DNA of 61,728 bases, counting the filler, from Catajapyx aquilonaris (lineage: Eukaryota): NCBI GenBank assembly GCA_000934665.2. It is 4 parts of 4 records of this genome, joined end to end, with 100 filler letters (N's around TTAATTAATTAA, not from the genome) between each part and the next. Parts side by side here need not be neighbours in the genome. Positions count along the whole stretch, not along the records: positions 46,547 to 61,728 come from JYFJ02007569.1; 3 more parts are not named here. One strand, 5' to 3'. Positions 60,262-61,728 of the stretch are shown in pieces. The position numbers and the translations under genes were made by a program. The notes under the pieces are model-generated. The model did not search any database. It saw nothing but the letters and a program-made list of their open reading frames with translations, and was not told the origin of the DNA. The first letter of the stretch is position 1, and every line of letters begins with the position of its first letter.

Positions 60262-61728
60262 TCACTGTTTTGTGATGACTTGAGTTCCAGCAGATTTAAT
60301 GCGTCGGAAATTAATTATTTCGATCATCAGAATCAGGAAACAACCCAGAAGGCCAAGTAGCCATATGTTGAAAATGGCTCCCAACTTGTCCATTGTCATC
60401 ACTTCATCTCGAACGTATATCTTGGCAGCGATCTCTTCCGCCTCTAGGATCCTCATTAGGTTGCGGAGGAAGTTCATGTACTTCTCGTGCTCGATGAAGG
60501 TGTCGAATAAATTGCTCTCCACAACCAGGGCAGCTACTTTTCTTTGAATGTGAAACAGTTGGGTTTGGCCTTTTGAAGTTCCGAGGAAGGAATACCCCCA
60601 TGCTATTCTTTCCTGGATGTAATGAAGGTTCAGGGTCCCATCACTGCTCGTGTGAAGGTACGTTTCGCGCTCAAGGAGAAAGTCCAGTCCGAAGCACACA
60701 ACGTTATCATTTCGTGTTTTACGCAGACATTCCGGAACAGTTCCCATTAAATTCAAGCGTTCAAATATTCCAGTAACGAGGGGATCTTCGGATCCTTTTG
60801 CATAGTGACCTATGATGAGATAGTTTAACATATCAGCTTCCAAGTCCCAATTGGAATCGATTATTTCTTGTCCAGAGGTTGGGACAAATTCTCTCGGGGG
60901 CCACGTGAGGAAGGACACTAGTTTGGCCTTGTATCCCGTCATGATCACGGTGACAAACATGAGCATACATGCTGCAAATGTAATTGAGAAATGAATACCT
61001 GTCAAATTAATATTCTGATCTACCAAGGTGCGCAATATGAGGCCAACTGATTGGGACAGTGAAATAGTACTCGTGGAGCTGTGTCTCCGTTTGGATATGC
61101 AAAACGAGGAAATAAAAAGTGTGATTAAGCTTACTGCAATCGATATCCACACCAAGAGTGGATAAGGCATGAAGATCACCTTCCAGGTGACGATGCCTCG
61201 AGGGATTCTTGTCAGACCAGTTCCATGAGCAAACATGTATGCCTGGGGAATATTCATGAATGAATAGGACTCCGGCGATGGGAGAATGACTGCTAGGCCA
61301 TCCGACTTGTTCTGCACCAGGCTACCCACCAACCCTCCCCAGGTTCCGTTGGGATAACGAAAGTCCAGCTCCACTCGGAATTCCTCCGAAGTGTACTCAA
61401 GTACTGCACCAAATGTATGTTCTGCAAATATCGCAATTCTCTGATACATTTCGAGGGGGAACTCACCCTCGGCCTCCTTCTGCTTCCTCGCAGCTGGCAC
61501 GTCTATGTCCACGTAAAATCGAGTTCTGAGAACCTTTCCGTTCATCCTCTTGACGTCGTAGTCTCGAAAGAAGAGATTCACCATGCCTCCACCCCCGTCA
61601 TCTGATGGATCGAACACTCCGAGAGGCAGTGTTTGTGGGTGCCCTCCTTGTGCGCAGTAGAAGCAGACCGTGTCCACCTTGATCCGCCCATCGGGGCCAT
61701 CCCCTGTGACCATGACCTTTAGCCTGAG
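60262..61728 (-). CDS. Divergent ionotropic receptor (variant iGluR/IR), intronless here, 5' end beyond the window
   Basis: S1 NGTWGGLVGSLVQNKSD; M1 MPYPLLVWISIAVSL; TGYKAKLVSFLT.P (SYTANLAAFLT-like); M4 MTMDKLGAIFNIWLLGL..FLILMIEII. Confidence 0.88.
   Translation of the reverse strand, partial: LRLKVMVTGDGPDGRIKVDTVCFYCAQGGHPQTLPLGVFDPSDDGGGGMVNLFFRDYDVKRMNGKVLRTRFYVDIDVPAARKQKEAEGEFPLEMYQRIAIFAEHTFGAVLEYTSEEFRVELDFRYPNGTWGGLVGSLVQNKSDGLAVILPSPESYSFMNIPQAYMFAHGTGLTRIPRGIVTWKVIFMPYPLLVWISIAVSLITLFISSFCISKRRHSSTSTISLSQSVGLILRTLVDQNINLTGIHFSITFAACMLMFVTVIMTGYKAKLVSFLTWPPREFVPTSGQEIIDSNWDLEADMLNYLIIGHYAKGSEDPLVTGIFERLNLMGTVPECLRKTRNDNVVCFGLDFLLERETYLHTSSDGTLNLHYIQERIAWGYSFLGTSKGQTQLFHIQRKVAALVVESNLFDTFIEHEKYMNFLRNLMRILEAEEIAAKIYVRDEVMTMDKLGAIFNIWLLGLLGCFLILMIEIINFRRIKSAGTQVITKQ

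Noticed and set aside
42550..61728. Lectin/kinase cluster nested in a Caskin intron
   Set aside because: Depends on adjacency across the 46447-46546 linker.

Overview
Repeat-rich eukaryotic genomic DNA from a protostome, probably an arthropod (short GT-AG introns, a variant ionotropic receptor, a Himar1-like mariner). It is four contigs joined by artificial N..TTAATTAATTAA..N linkers (15202-15301, 31153-31251, 46447-46546), so adjacency across them is unreliable. Contig 1 has a 4-exon secreted Notch-ligand-like gene (MNNL/C2 domain, truncated DSL, no EGF repeats) and the last exon of delta-tubulin. Contig 2 has five internal exons of ILF2/NF45 among many MITEs, foldbacks, tRNA-SINEs (including a V-SINE) and a truncated LINE. 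Contig 3 has two Caskin-like ankyrin exons. Contig 4 is an immune-like, duplicated cluster: four C-type lectin paralogs with a repeated upstream module, an ankyrin/eIF2-alpha-kinase-like locus lacking the kinase N-lobe, two inverted damaged copies of an ankyrin plus RNF34/RFFL-type RING gene, and an intronless ionotropic receptor. The top candidate novelty is a single ancestral gene ANK-eIF2aK-ANK-SAP/RING, joined through a transposon-filled GC-AG intron. All family assignments come from motif recognition, not database searches.
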